Shown: one piece after another, positions 1 to 8,364 of the stretch
Numbering within the stretch: the stretch's first letter is position 1
How the letters are laid out: the number at the start of each line of letters is the position of its first letter
Assembly: GCF_000251105.1 (NCBI RefSeq)
Contig: NC_017034.1
Coordinates: 1,643,161-1,667,160, forward strand
Length of the DNA stretch: 24,000 bases
Origin: Methanocella conradii HZ254
Lineage (GTDB): Archaea > Halobacteriota > Methanocellia > Methanocellales > Methanocellaceae
Direction: 5' to 3'
The notes under the pieces: generated by a model
What the model saw: the letters and a program-made list of their open reading frames with translations, nothing else
Databases searched by the model: none
What the model was told of the DNA's origin: nothing
Made by a program: the position numbers and the translations under genes

Positions 1-205
1 ACATCATGAAGAGTACGCCGAGGTTCGAGAGCTCGTCCAGCTCCCACGAAAGGCCGACCAGCCTCAGCGCCATAGGGCCAAGGATTATCCCGGCGACTAT
101 CTGCCCTATGAGCGGCGAGAAGCCCATTCTCTTGACGATGTCGCCCAGGATTTTGCCTAAAAGCAGCATCAATAGTAGCTCAAATAGTATATTGGCTACG
201 CTCAA
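1..205 (-). CDS. Cation:proton antiporter (Na+/H+ exchanger / Kef-type CPA family), N-terminal fragment; gene runs off the left edge
   Basis: Not in the supplied ORF track because it is open at the window edge. My reverse-strand translation from TTG (205-203; alternative ATG 169-167) reads (M)SVANILFELLLMLLLGKILGDIVKRMGFSPLIGQIVAGIILGPMALRLVGLSWELDELSNLGVLFMM. This is the hydrophobic TM1/TM2 pattern with ..PxxxGxxxAGIILGP.. typical of CPA antiporter N-termini. The listed + ORF 6..230 is its antisense shadow. Confidence 0.6.
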   Translation of the reverse strand, partial: MSVANILFELLLMLLLGKILGDIVKRMGFSPLIGQIVAGIILGPMALRLVGLSWELDELSNLGVLFMM

Positions 206-256
206 TCCATCGGCCCCTGTATACCTTTAAAAAGAGCATGTTTCTATTTAAATTTA

Positions 257-1051
257 TCAGTGAAGCCTGCTTATCGCTTTTTTCATCTTTAGGGCGTCAT
301 CCTCGAGGATGGGCGACTCGCATATTATGGTAGCGTTGATGTTTTTTTCCTTAAGTATTTTTGCGAGCGGCTCGAAGGGGGGTTCACTATCAAGGGGCAG
401 GTGACGCACCTCGCGGCCGTCCTTGTATTCCACATTTGAGAAGTGCATGTGAAAATCGTCCCTTTTTATTGGCTTGAGCATATTAAATATAGCTTCGTAG
501 TCCTCTATGCCCTTTATGGACCCATTGGTTCGCGCGTGGAGGTGGGACCAGTCTATCACTATGTCCGTGCCCGGCACGTCTTTCAGAAGGTCGAGGTAGT
601 CCTCCACGCTGCCAAGCTCGGGAGCGTCGCCCGTCGTCTCAAGGCCTATCAGGGCTTTGATGCCCTCTTTTTTTCTCATGTCGCTGAGCTCGAGCAGGTG
701 CTGTTTTAGCATGCCAGGCTCTTTTTCCCTTGCAGGGTGGCAGACGACGATATTGGCTTCCAGGCTATCCGCTATCCTTAGAGACTTTTCGAGCCATACC
801 TTGCTCTTTTCCTGGGTGGCCTTACTCTTACTTGTCAAATTGATGTAGTAAGGGGCGTGAATGGATAGCGCGAGGCCGCACTCCCTGGCGATGACTGCAC
901 TTTTGCTGGCGCTTTTAGGCGTCATGTACACATTCCTGACAAACTGGACCTCCATTGCGTCAAGCCCGGCATCATGGAGATACCGCAGCCCCGCCTCCGT
1001 TCCCTCCCCTTTTGTATGGTAGGGGATGCCTGCTATGCCTATCCTTATCAT
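257..1051 (-). CDS. Endonuclease IV-like / AP-endonuclease family 2 (xylose-isomerase-like TIM barrel) protein
   Basis: 264-aa ORF with ATG at 1051-1049. The metal-ligand motifs of Endo IV-type TIM barrels appear in order: SIHAPYYINL, VVCHPA, GLETTG, IDWSHLHAR, HMHFS, ICESP. The exact substrate is inferred only. Confidence 0.6.
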   Translation of the reverse strand: MIRIGIAGIPYHTKGEGTEAGLRYLHDAGLDAMEVQFVRNVYMTPKSASKSAVIARECGLALSIHAPYYINLTSKSKATQEKSKVWLEKSLRIADSLEANIVVCHPAREKEPGMLKQHLLELSDMRKKEGIKALIGLETTGDAPELGSVEDYLDLLKDVPGTDIVIDWSHLHARTNGSIKGIEDYEAIFNMLKPIKRDDFHMHFSNVEYKDGREVRHLPLDSEPPFEPLAKILKEKNINATIICESPILEDDALKMKKAISRLH

Positions 1052-1077
1052 GATAAGCCCATTAATCCATTATAATA

Positions 1078-2316
1078 TTAAAAAGTACCCAGCGCCTTCA
1101 TCAATTCATCCGCGCCTTTAACTGTTATGGCGCCGGACGCCTTTAGAGTTTCAAGGATTCTGGTGGCCTCGCCATTCGTGTAATCCCTTTTTTCTTTATC
1201 ATTTTCCATTATGTAGAGGGCTCCAGGCTTTGCCTCGATAACAGCCTGCAGGTTCTTAAGGTTACCCCACCCGATGGGCACATCGGCGATCACGACTGCG
1301 TCTGCCTTTTTTATCGTTTCAATGAGCTGTCCATATGATTCGGGCGTGATGGGCGAAAACGGCGCCTCGCTAATGGTCCTTATGTTAAGATGGGCCGCCG
1401 TATCGTGGTCAGAGTCGAGCACGTTAAGCACGCCGGCGGTAACGTTGTAGCCTTTTGAGCGCAGCAGGTACATGAGCCTCGTGCCAGTGCCGGCGCCGCA
1501 TATAATGTGTATGGTCTTGCCATTAGACGGCTCGGCTGCCCCGCAAGAGTTTAATGGCGTAACATATAAGTACCCCGTCAATGGATGCTTCCTTACCGCG
1601 ACATTAGCGTGAAAAGCCTCACGAATGTGCTCTTGCGTAAGGACCTCGTCAGGCTTCCCTGCGGCCAGAATCCTGCTATCGCTCAACAAAATCAAACGAT
1701 CGCAATACCTGGCCGCAAGGTTCAGGTCATGAAAGACGACTATGACGACCATGCTGCGCTCGGCTTTCAGGCGCTCCACGAGGTCGAGTATCTCTATCTG
1801 GTAGTTTATGTCAAGGTGGGAGACTGGCTCATCCATGAGCAGGACCGAAGGCTCCTGTGCAAGCGCACGGGCTATTATGACTCGCTGCCGCTCACCACCG
1901 CTAATCCCGGAGAATGGACGGTCACGAAGGTGCCACGTATTCGTCAGCCTCATGGCCTCCCTCGCAATATCCATGTCTTTCTTGCCCTCCACCTCAAACC
2001 TCCCCATATGGGGGTTTCTGCCCATCATGACGATCTCTAAACAGGTAAAGTCAAATTCGATTCCGGTCTCCTGGGGGACAACTGCCATATACCTGGCCAG
2101 CTCTTTTACGGAGTAGCGCTCCAGGCCCCTGCCGCACACGACGACCCTGCCCGATGTTGGCTTTAATATCTTGCTCAAAGCCTTCAGAAGCGTGGACTTA
2201 CCAGAGCCGTTAGGGCCTATTATGCCTATGCATTCGCCCTTCTCCACGCTAAAGGTTATGTCCTTTAATACTCTAGACGTGCCATAGTCTACCGATATTC
2301 TTTCTACGTCAAGCAT
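1078..2316 (-). CDS. ABC importer ATP-binding protein (FepC/BtuD/FecE type) with an extra ~150-aa C-terminal domain
   Basis: 412-aa ORF. Walker A GPNGSGKST, ABC signature ISGGERQRV, Walker B VLLMDEP, H-loop VVFHDLN. A 3-nt gap to the upstream permease gene indicates an operon. Residues ~265-412 are not part of a canonical ABC cassette. Confidence 0.85.
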   Translation of the reverse strand: MLDVERISVDYGTSRVLKDITFSVEKGECIGIIGPNGSGKSTLLKALSKILKPTSGRVVVCGRGLERYSVKELARYMAVVPQETGIEFDFTCLEIVMMGRNPHMGRFEVEGKKDMDIAREAMRLTNTWHLRDRPFSGISGGERQRVIIARALAQEPSVLLMDEPVSHLDINYQIEILDLVERLKAERSMVVIVVFHDLNLAARYCDRLILLSDSRILAAGKPDEVLTQEHIREAFHANVAVRKHPLTGYLYVTPLNSCGAAEPSNGKTIHIICGAGTGTRLMYLLRSKGYNVTAGVLNVLDSDHDTAAHLNIRTISEAPFSPITPESYGQLIETIKKADAVVIADVPIGWGNLKNLQAVIEAKPGALYIMENDKEKRDYTNGEATRILETLKASGAITVKGADELMKALGTF

Positions 2317-2319
2317 GCC

Positions 2320-3411
2320 TCAAGCGGCCTCCTTTTTCTTTTTGGAGAGCAGGAAGACGAAGAATGGCGCGCCTACGAGCGCCGTGATTATGCCCACGGG
2401 TATCTCGGTGGGCTGGATGATCATGCGGGAGAACGTGTCGGCCACTGTCAGGAACATGGCGCCAGCCAGTATTGAGGATGGTATCAATATCCTGTGGTCG
2501 GGTCCAACGATGAGCCGCATGATGTGGGGTATCACGAGGCCAACGAAGCCTATGATGCCGCTAACTGAGACGGCGGCAGCCGTGATGACTGCCGCCAGCG
2601 CCAGTATGCCTGCCTTGAGCACGGTTACGTTAGTCCCCAGGTGCGTCGCCGCCTCATCTCCAAGCAATATCAGGTTAAGGTCCCTGGAAAATGCGAATAT
2701 TATGAAGCTTCCGATTAACGCAAGCGGGAGCATGAGCCATATCCCGTCCCAGTCTGCGCTCCACAGCGCTCCCATGACCCAGTATATGACCTGGCTTAGC
2801 GAGTGGCCTCCTATGTACATTAAAAAGGACGTGACCGCCGAGAAGAATGCCGAGACAGCGATGCCCGATAGCAGGACGGTCTCTACGGGTAGTTTTGTTC
2901 CTGTGCGGGCTATGTTGAAGACCAGGAAGGCTGCGAGTAGCCCCCCGGCCAGCGCGCCTAGCTGAATGGCCCCAAGCTTTACGGTCAATATACCTAAAGG
3001 TATTGACAATGACAGCCCATATATGCCAAATGTAATGATTGTAGCGGCGCCAAACGCCGCGCCGGACGACACTCCTAGAATGTATGGGTCAGCCATCGGG
3101 TTCTTAAAGATGGCCTGTGCTGCAACCCCTGCGACTGCCAGCGTCGCGCCAACAAGCAGTCCTAGGATGACACGGGGCAGCCTTACCAGTAATATTATGC
3201 CTGCCTCACCGTCAGTCCATGTTTTCGTGATCTGTACCTGATTAAGTAAAGGTATTTTTGACGTCAAGTCTGATATGATTATGAGCGCAACCCTGTCCAC
3301 GCTGATGTTCGCTGGCCCTACCGCTGTCGCCACTATGGCTACGACTAGTAGGGCAAGCGTAAGCGATGATATTATCAAAGCCCACCTGAGCATTTTTTTA
3401 TCCATGGCCAC
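2320..3411 (-). CDS. FecCD/BtuC-family ABC importer permease (iron-chelate / corrinoid type)
   Basis: 363-aa ORF, highly hydrophobic with multiple TM segments. Family-typical stretches are LVGATLAVAGVAAQAIFKNPMADPYILGVSSGAA and GIITALVGAPFFVFLL. Start is GTG at 3411 or ATG at 3405. Confidence 0.85.
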   Translation of the reverse strand: MAMDKKMLRWALIISSLTLALLVVAIVATAVGPANISVDRVALIIISDLTSKIPLLNQVQITKTWTDGEAGIILLVRLPRVILGLLVGATLAVAGVAAQAIFKNPMADPYILGVSSGAAFGAATIITFGIYGLSLSIPLGILTVKLGAIQLGALAGGLLAAFLVFNIARTGTKLPVETVLLSGIAVSAFFSAVTSFLMYIGGHSLSQVIYWVMGALWSADWDGIWLMLPLALIGSFIIFAFSRDLNLILLGDEAATHLGTNVTVLKAGILALAAVITAAAVSVSGIIGFVGLVIPHIMRLIVGPDHRILIPSSILAGAMFLTVADTFSRMIIQPTEIPVGIITALVGAPFFVFLLSKKKKEAA

Positions 3412-3526
3412 ACCATACTTAAGTAAACTTTACCATTAACAAATTTACTTTATGATGTTCTCTATAAATATAACCGTTGCCATTCAAATGCTAACGAGAA
3501 AATAAAAATACCTTGATTAATGACTG
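3412..3526. promoter_or_regulatory. Divergent promoter region between the ABC operon (-) and the 255-aa gene (+), with a 7-bp inverted repeat and a TATA-like box
   Basis: A 115-nt AT-rich spacer between divergent starts must carry both promoters. The inverted repeat is AAGTAAA (3421-3427) / TTTACTT (3444-3450), separated by 16 nt. The TATA-like CTATAAATATA lies around 3462-3472. Confidence 0.35.
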
Positions 3527-4294
3527 ATGTATGCTATGAGGCTTATTGGCTTTAGGGCTTTGATAAAAAAGGATGAAGACGTCTTGCTATCACAGATAAA
3601 GGATGCCCATCGCCTCTTTCCAGAGTTTAGCGTAATCCTGGCGGTTTGTGGAGACGAGCCATCATCGACGGTTTTGGATGCTTGTAGTGAGGTTTTCTAT
3701 TATGGCGAGAAGCCTCGGGGCTTCACCTATCCCTGGCACCTTCTAGTAAAATACGCCCAGGATTACGGAGCCAGCGAGCTTATATTGTGCGATGGGGACG
3801 AGCAGTTCATATTCTCAGAGCTAAGGCGAGCATACGATAATGCTGGCGAATGTGATGCCGTGATGCCGATACGCAGGAAAAAGCCCCTATTCTTTTCTGA
3901 TACGTGTATCGACAGGGTGCTCATGGAAGAATGTGAGAACATGCTGTTTAGGTCCGCCTGTCCAAATGCCCTAATAGACCCTCAGCCTGGCGCCATCATG
4001 CTGCTCTCCCATAAAGCCATCTCATGTCTTGACCTTGAGGCCGTGCCCTCATGGATTGGGGATATAGTGGCCACGGCGCAGCTAATAAAGTCTGGCTGCT
4101 TGATAAAAGAGTTAGAGATGGACGTAAGGGAGCAGGCCAGGACAAACGTGACGCTCGAGCGTGAGCTCTTGAAGATAATGCAGATGGAGCGTTACTTTGG
4201 TGAGAGCTTTTTAGACGTCATCCCCAAAAAAGCCAGATATGCGCATGTGAGAAGATGCTACGAAGAGTACCTGCATGATCGGCCCTGTAGCTAG
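3527..4294 (+). CDS. Hypothetical protein, divergent GT-A (family-2-like) glycosyltransferase fold suspected
   Basis: 255-aa ORF. The layout resembles GT2 enzymes: N-terminal beta-strand FSVILAVCGDE, acidic DxD-like ILCDGDEQF, later PIRRKK...DPQPGAIMLL and a C-terminal IKELEMDV. This is weak, motif-level similarity only. An alternative ATG lies at 3536. Confidence 0.4.
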   Translation: MYAMRLIGFRALIKKDEDVLLSQIKDAHRLFPEFSVILAVCGDEPSSTVLDACSEVFYYGEKPRGFTYPWHLLVKYAQDYGASELILCDGDEQFIFSELRRAYDNAGECDAVMPIRRKKPLFFSDTCIDRVLMEECENMLFRSACPNALIDPQPGAIMLLSHKAISCLDLEAVPSWIGDIVATAQLIKSGCLIKELEMDVREQARTNVTLERELLKIMQMERYFGESFLDVIPKKARYAHVRRCYEEYLHDRPCS

Positions 4295-4344
4295 GAGGAT
4301 AAAGTCAATATCCTTTGAGGCATTATATGCGTCAAGGTGGCAAT

Positions 4345-5529
4345 ATGGAGCAGCGGCTATACTGTGATTCCCCATATCTGGAAGAATGGCAGGCAGAGGT
4401 CGAGAGTATCGTTGAAAAAGGCGGTAGGTATCATGTTGTTTTATCCAGGACTGCCTTTTACCCTGGGGGTGGAGGCCAGCCGTCAGATAGGGGGACGATT
4501 GATGGCCTGGCTGTTGAGGATGTATACGAGCAGGATGGCCACATTTATCACGTCCTCGGCAAGCCAATTGAAAAAAAGGCTGTTGCATGTCGTCTGGATT
4601 TTTCGAGGAGGTTCGACCTCATGCAGCAGCACACGGGACAGCACCTCTTATCAGCCGTGCTCTATCGACTATACGGGTGTAAGACTTCGAGCCTGCACAT
4701 GGGCGAAGATGAGCTCTCCATAGACGTAGAGCTGCCCGAGATGTCCGGGGAAATGCTCATCGCTGTGGAGGACATGGCTAACGAATATATCTATCGTGAC
4801 CTCCCAGTCGTGATCCATTGCGTTACTGCGGAGGAGGCAAGCAAGATTGAGCTGCGGAAGGCGCCGCCAAAAGAAGGGAAAGTGCGCATAGTCGAGATAA
4901 CCTCGATTGACAGGTCGCCATGCTGTGGCACTCACGTAAAAAGAACCGGGGAGATAGGTATCGTCAAGATAGTTAAAACTGAAAAACGGGGAAACGAGAC
5001 AAGGGTTTATTTTAAGTGTGGTAAGCGTGCCCTTAAGGACTATCAGCTTAAGCAGGATATAGTCACCGGCCTGGTGCGGCTCTACCGCATGTCCGAGAGC
5101 GATGTGCTCGCAAAAGCCGAGGCGGCCTTTTCCCAGCTTAAAAACGTGCAAAAAGAGCTGGCGGAAATGAAGGACAGGGCGCTCAGGGCCGAGGCAACCG
5201 GGCTGGCAAGCTCATCAAAATCTAGGATAATAGAAAAAGCCTATTCAGACAAAAGTTTCGCGGATATAATCATTCTGGCCAAATATATCATTGAGTCGGG
5301 TGATTTCATAGTCATATTGGGGTCAATACCCGATAAAAGGCTTCTTTTTGCGCATAGCGGCAAGTTCGGCATCAATTGCGGCCAGACCCTGAAGGAACAT
5401 CTACCAGCATTTAAAGGAAAGGGCGGGGGTAAGGATAATTGGGCGAACGGGGGCTTCAACGCGCTCGATGACATGGAAAGGTTCAGCGCGTTCTTGCGGG
5501 ATGAGCTCTCGAAGAAAGGCATTACTTAA
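4345..5529 (+). CDS. alaX: Alanyl-tRNA editing protein AlaX (long form: editing domain plus DHHA1-like C-terminus)
   Basis: Zinc/editing-site motifs HTGQHLLS (HxxxH) and CCGTHV (CxxxH), plus C-terminal GKGGGKDNWANGG. The track ORF starts at TTG 4315. I prefer ATG 4345 (MEQRLYC...), which is preceded by AAGGTGG at 4334-4340. Confidence 0.85.
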   Translation: MEQRLYCDSPYLEEWQAEVESIVEKGGRYHVVLSRTAFYPGGGGQPSDRGTIDGLAVEDVYEQDGHIYHVLGKPIEKKAVACRLDFSRRFDLMQQHTGQHLLSAVLYRLYGCKTSSLHMGEDELSIDVELPEMSGEMLIAVEDMANEYIYRDLPVVIHCVTAEEASKIELRKAPPKEGKVRIVEITSIDRSPCCGTHVKRTGEIGIVKIVKTEKRGNETRVYFKCGKRALKDYQLKQDIVTGLVRLYRMSESDVLAKAEAAFSQLKNVQKELAEMKDRALRAEATGLASSSKSRIIEKAYSDKSFADIIILAKYIIESGDFIVILGSIPDKRLLFAHSGKFGINCGQTLKEHLPAFKGKGGGKDNWANGGFNALDDMERFSAFLRDELSKKGIT

Positions 5530-5562
5530 ATAAAATATATAAAAAAAGGCTCAAACTTAGTA

Positions 5563-5913
5563 TTATTCCTTTGACCTTATCATTATGAGGAGCATCTTGA
5601 ACTTTTTCAAAGCTTTAACGGCGTGCGGATGGTTAGCTGGCATTATTATGAAGTCGCCCGCCTTCAGCTTGCTAGGATTATCGTCTATGGTAACCTCGGC
5701 TTCCCCCTCCACGACGTATAGCATGGCGTCGAAGGGGGCCGAATGCGTGCTTAGCCCCTCCCCTTCATCAAAAGCAAATATCGTCACCGTCCCCGTTTTC
5801 TTATTGATGACCTCACGGCTGACCACCGAGCCTTCCTGGTAGCCTACCAGCTCGCCTAGCCTTAACGCCTTACCCAATAAGCTCTCCTTTCCCGATACTT
5901 TTTTCACAGCCAT
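5563..5913 (-). CDS. Cupin-domain protein
   Basis: Small beta-barrel signature GLSTHSAPFDAMLYVVEGEAEVTID...GDFIIMPANHPHAV (cupin motifs 1 and 2). The track start at 5922 is TTG. ATG at 5913-5911 (MAVKK...) is more likely. Confidence 0.7.
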   Translation of the reverse strand: MAVKKVSGKESLLGKALRLGELVGYQEGSVVSREVINKKTGTVTIFAFDEGEGLSTHSAPFDAMLYVVEGEAEVTIDDNPSKLKAGDFIIMPANHPHAVKALKKFKMLLIMIRSKE

Positions 5914-5965
5914 AGTTATCAAAAATTAATATAATGCAGCCTTAGCTAAAAAGATAATCGCTAGC

Positions 5966-7141
5966 TCATAAAAATGCCTTAATGATTTTAATGGCCGGAA
6001 GCCCTGAAGTTGTCACCGTCCTATATATCTTAGAAACCGGGACGCTCTCAATGTCCATTTTTTGTAGCGAACGCAACAATTTGTTCATTTGACTATCAGT
6101 GGCCTTTACCACGAATTGCTTAATTTTGTAATTACGCCTGATAGCCTTGCCAATGCCCTGCCTTATCTGGACATCGTACTTTTGTAAAGCCTGAGATGAA
6201 ACGTCGCCGCTTTTTATCGCCTGCGCCGCAACATTGCCCGCCATTCGCCCGCTAATCATCGCATTCATGATGCCGGCCCCCAGCAAAGGATCTACTAGCC
6301 TTGCGCCGTCGCCTGCCAGCATTAGGCCTCCTGTCGAGATACGATGACGCACATCGCATACCGGCACGGCCCCGGCTATCGCCTGCACCACGTCACAGCC
6401 AGGAAATCGCTTATCTACGAACTTTTTTAGGTACTGGATGGGGCGCACGCCGTTAAAGCGGCTTCCCAGTATGCCCAGGCCCACGTTAGCCTCTTTATTG
6501 CCTTTCGGGAACACCCAGGCGTACCCGCCAGGCGAGACCTCGTTTCCAAAATAGAGCTCCAGGCATCCCGGGTCAACGTCTACGTCGCTTATCATAAATT
6601 CGGCGCACGACTCGATATCAACCAGCCTAATCGGTCCAATCAAGCCCGCCCACCTGCCCACTTTTGACTCGACGCCATCCGCCCCTATGACGATCTTGGA
6701 GCGGGCATAGAACCCTTTTCCATTGCTTATGCCTTTTATGCCTTTTACTATGCCGTCCTCTATGATGAGCCCTGTTGCCTGCGTTTTTACGTACACCTCC
6801 GAGCCCGCCTCGGCCGCCTGCTTTACGAGTGCACGGTCAAACAGCTTTCTCTCGAGCACATATCCGGCAGCCTCATCGCCCTGCTGTGAAAAGCATAATA
6901 CGCTACCATCAGGCGCATATATTCGCGCCCCCCTGATCTCGGCGCAAACCCATTTTGGGTCATAGCTTATGAAATCCTCCAGTCCATCTTTAAAGAGGCC
7001 TTCGGCACACCTGACTGGCTCCCCTATTTCTTGCCTCTTTTCAATGAGAAGTACGTCCAGCCCGTGCCTTGCAGCCTCAGTTGCTGCCGTCGAGCCTGCC
7101 GGCCCCGCCCCAACTACTATGACATCATATTCGCTTCTCAT
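5966..7141 (-). CDS. Geranylgeranyl reductase family FAD-dependent oxidoreductase (archaeal lipid saturation type)
   Basis: 391-aa ORF. N-terminal dinucleotide fold YDVIVVGAGPAGSTAA...LLIEK, then GEPVRCAEG and PGGYAWVFPKGNKEANVGLG, which are typical of the GGR family. Confidence 0.8.
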   Translation of the reverse strand: MRSEYDVIVVGAGPAGSTAATEAARHGLDVLLIEKRQEIGEPVRCAEGLFKDGLEDFISYDPKWVCAEIRGARIYAPDGSVLCFSQQGDEAAGYVLERKLFDRALVKQAAEAGSEVYVKTQATGLIIEDGIVKGIKGISNGKGFYARSKIVIGADGVESKVGRWAGLIGPIRLVDIESCAEFMISDVDVDPGCLELYFGNEVSPGGYAWVFPKGNKEANVGLGILGSRFNGVRPIQYLKKFVDKRFPGCDVVQAIAGAVPVCDVRHRISTGGLMLAGDGARLVDPLLGAGIMNAMISGRMAGNVAAQAIKSGDVSSQALQKYDVQIRQGIGKAIRRNYKIKQFVVKATDSQMNKLLRSLQKMDIESVPVSKIYRTVTTSGLPAIKIIKAFL

Positions 7142-7171
7142 CAGTCATCAAGCGTTCATTCATGTATTAAT

Positions 7172-7903
7172 TTAGTTCAAGCATTCCTCAAAACTTTTAG
7201 ATATGTTCTTCACATCCACAGTTCGCGCCTTGCTAAACATGTCCAGGCTTACATCCATTTTCGTCTCGACAAGCAGCATGTTATTCGTGCTTACGTTTTC
7301 AAGCCTGTTATCGTAGAATAGGGCATTGTTTAATGACGTATGATTTAGCTTTGAGCCTTTAAAGGCCGTGTTTGTTATGAACGATTTTTCAGCGTTCATG
7401 TGTTGCATGTCGCATTCTTCATACGTTGACCCGGATATGCATATACCTGAGAGGTTTGAGCTCAGCATCGTTGTATTTTTAAATGAACAACTGATCACTT
7501 TTGCATTGATAAGCTTGATGAGGTGCATGTCGCAGCCTGATATAGAGGACTTGTAGAGCTTTGCTTCGCTCATGTCTGCCTGGGATAGCATTGCATCGAT
7601 AAAGCTGCTGTCTATTATATCTGCCTTTCTGAGTATTGCCCTCCTTAAGCTTGCTCCTTTAAAGCTACACCCGACTAGCTGTGAATCATAAAAGTTGACG
7701 TTATCGAGTATTGTCTTGTCGAATTTTGTATTTATTATTTGCATCCCGTGGAGATCTGCGCCTGACAGGTCGACGCCAGAGAAATCGAGGTTTCGCATGC
7801 CTTCGTTATAATAAGTTTCCCTTAGGTTTAGAAGGTATTTTGTTTTTTTGATCTCTGCGTCTGATAGCATATGGATGCCTGCTTTTGTGCCTGGATTGGT
7901 CAA
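7172..7903 (-). CDS. Pentapeptide-repeat protein
   Basis: Nearly the whole protein is tandem A(D/N)LxX-type pentapeptides (DFSGVDLSGADLHGMQIINTKFDKTILDNVNFYDSQLVGCSFKGASLRRAILRKADIIDSSF...). Start is TTG at 7903 or ATG at 7870. G+C is about 43% by hand count of two 120-nt samples, below neighbouring genes. Confidence 0.8.
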   Translation of the reverse strand: MTNPGTKAGIHMLSDAEIKKTKYLLNLRETYYNEGMRNLDFSGVDLSGADLHGMQIINTKFDKTILDNVNFYDSQLVGCSFKGASLRRAILRKADIIDSSFIDAMLSQADMSEAKLYKSSISGCDMHLIKLINAKVISCSFKNTTMLSSNLSGICISGSTYEECDMQHMNAEKSFITNTAFKGSKLNHTSLNNALFYDNRLENVSTNNMLLVETKMDVSLDMFSKARTVDVKNISKSFEECLN

Positions 7904-8364
7904 TTCATAATATCATTAGCTATGCCATAAGATAAAGATTTGTCCCTTATTTTTAATGGGCAATATATTTTAGGATTGTGCAATAAATTATTGGACATTT
8001 ATTTATTTTTTAATAACTAGTAATAATATAAAATGTTAACTTTTGATATATTTACGATTTTATTTAATTATTTTTAATATTTTTCTTTCTGTTGATTTAA
8101 CCTACGTTATTTTATCGGGAAGTCTATTAAAAATATATACAATACATTGTAGATATTATATTGTACCTATCTTTGTAAAATTAAAACTTTATTACACAAA
8201 AATGACATAAAATGCCATTTATTTTTAATTGTCCATAATTTTAGTGATAAGGCCGTAGTATCCAGGCGAGCTGTCGATAAATGTATATTTACCGACACAT
8301 CCGAGGCAAATAAAAAGACCGAAAAGGGCATATAATATAAGTGCCCAATAATAAGTGAGGCAAG
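7904..8364. other. Unusually long, extremely AT-rich non-coding spacer (about 20% G+C over 7921-8220 by hand count)
   Basis: No ORF of meaningful length on either strand. It contains TTATTTTTAAT at 7947-7957, 8068-8078 and 8219-8229, plus a one-T-longer copy at 8003-8014, all in the same orientation. TATAATATAA at 8331-8340 is a plausible TATA box for the recombinase gene. Confidence 0.7.

Noticed and set aside
6-230. + strand ORF of 74 aa at the left edge
   Set aside because: Ser/Pro-rich low-complexity translation. The opposite strand gives a convincing cation:proton antiporter N-terminus, so this is an antisense shadow.
2315-2965. 216-aa + ORF (and 2966..3241) overlapping the permease gene
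   Set aside because: Ala/Ser/Met/Thr-rich composition typical of the antisense frame of a hydrophobic membrane-protein gene. It has no motifs, whereas the minus-strand FecCD permease is well supported.
7946-8355. Imperfect terminal inverted repeat CTTATTTTTAATGGGCA (7946-7962) versus the reverse complement of GTGCCCAATAATAAG (8341-8355), suggesting a ~410-bp MITE
   Set aside because: The match needs a 3-nt indel and lies in extremely AT-rich sequence. There is no target-site duplication, and the right arm overlaps the recombinase ribosome-binding region. The evidence is insufficient.
7904-8364. Replication origin (oriC) hypothesis for the AT-rich spacer
   Set aside because: No adjacent orc1/cdc6 gene, and I could not find ORB-like inverted repeats flanking an unwinding element. 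The idea is kept only as a remote possibility under the repeat finding.
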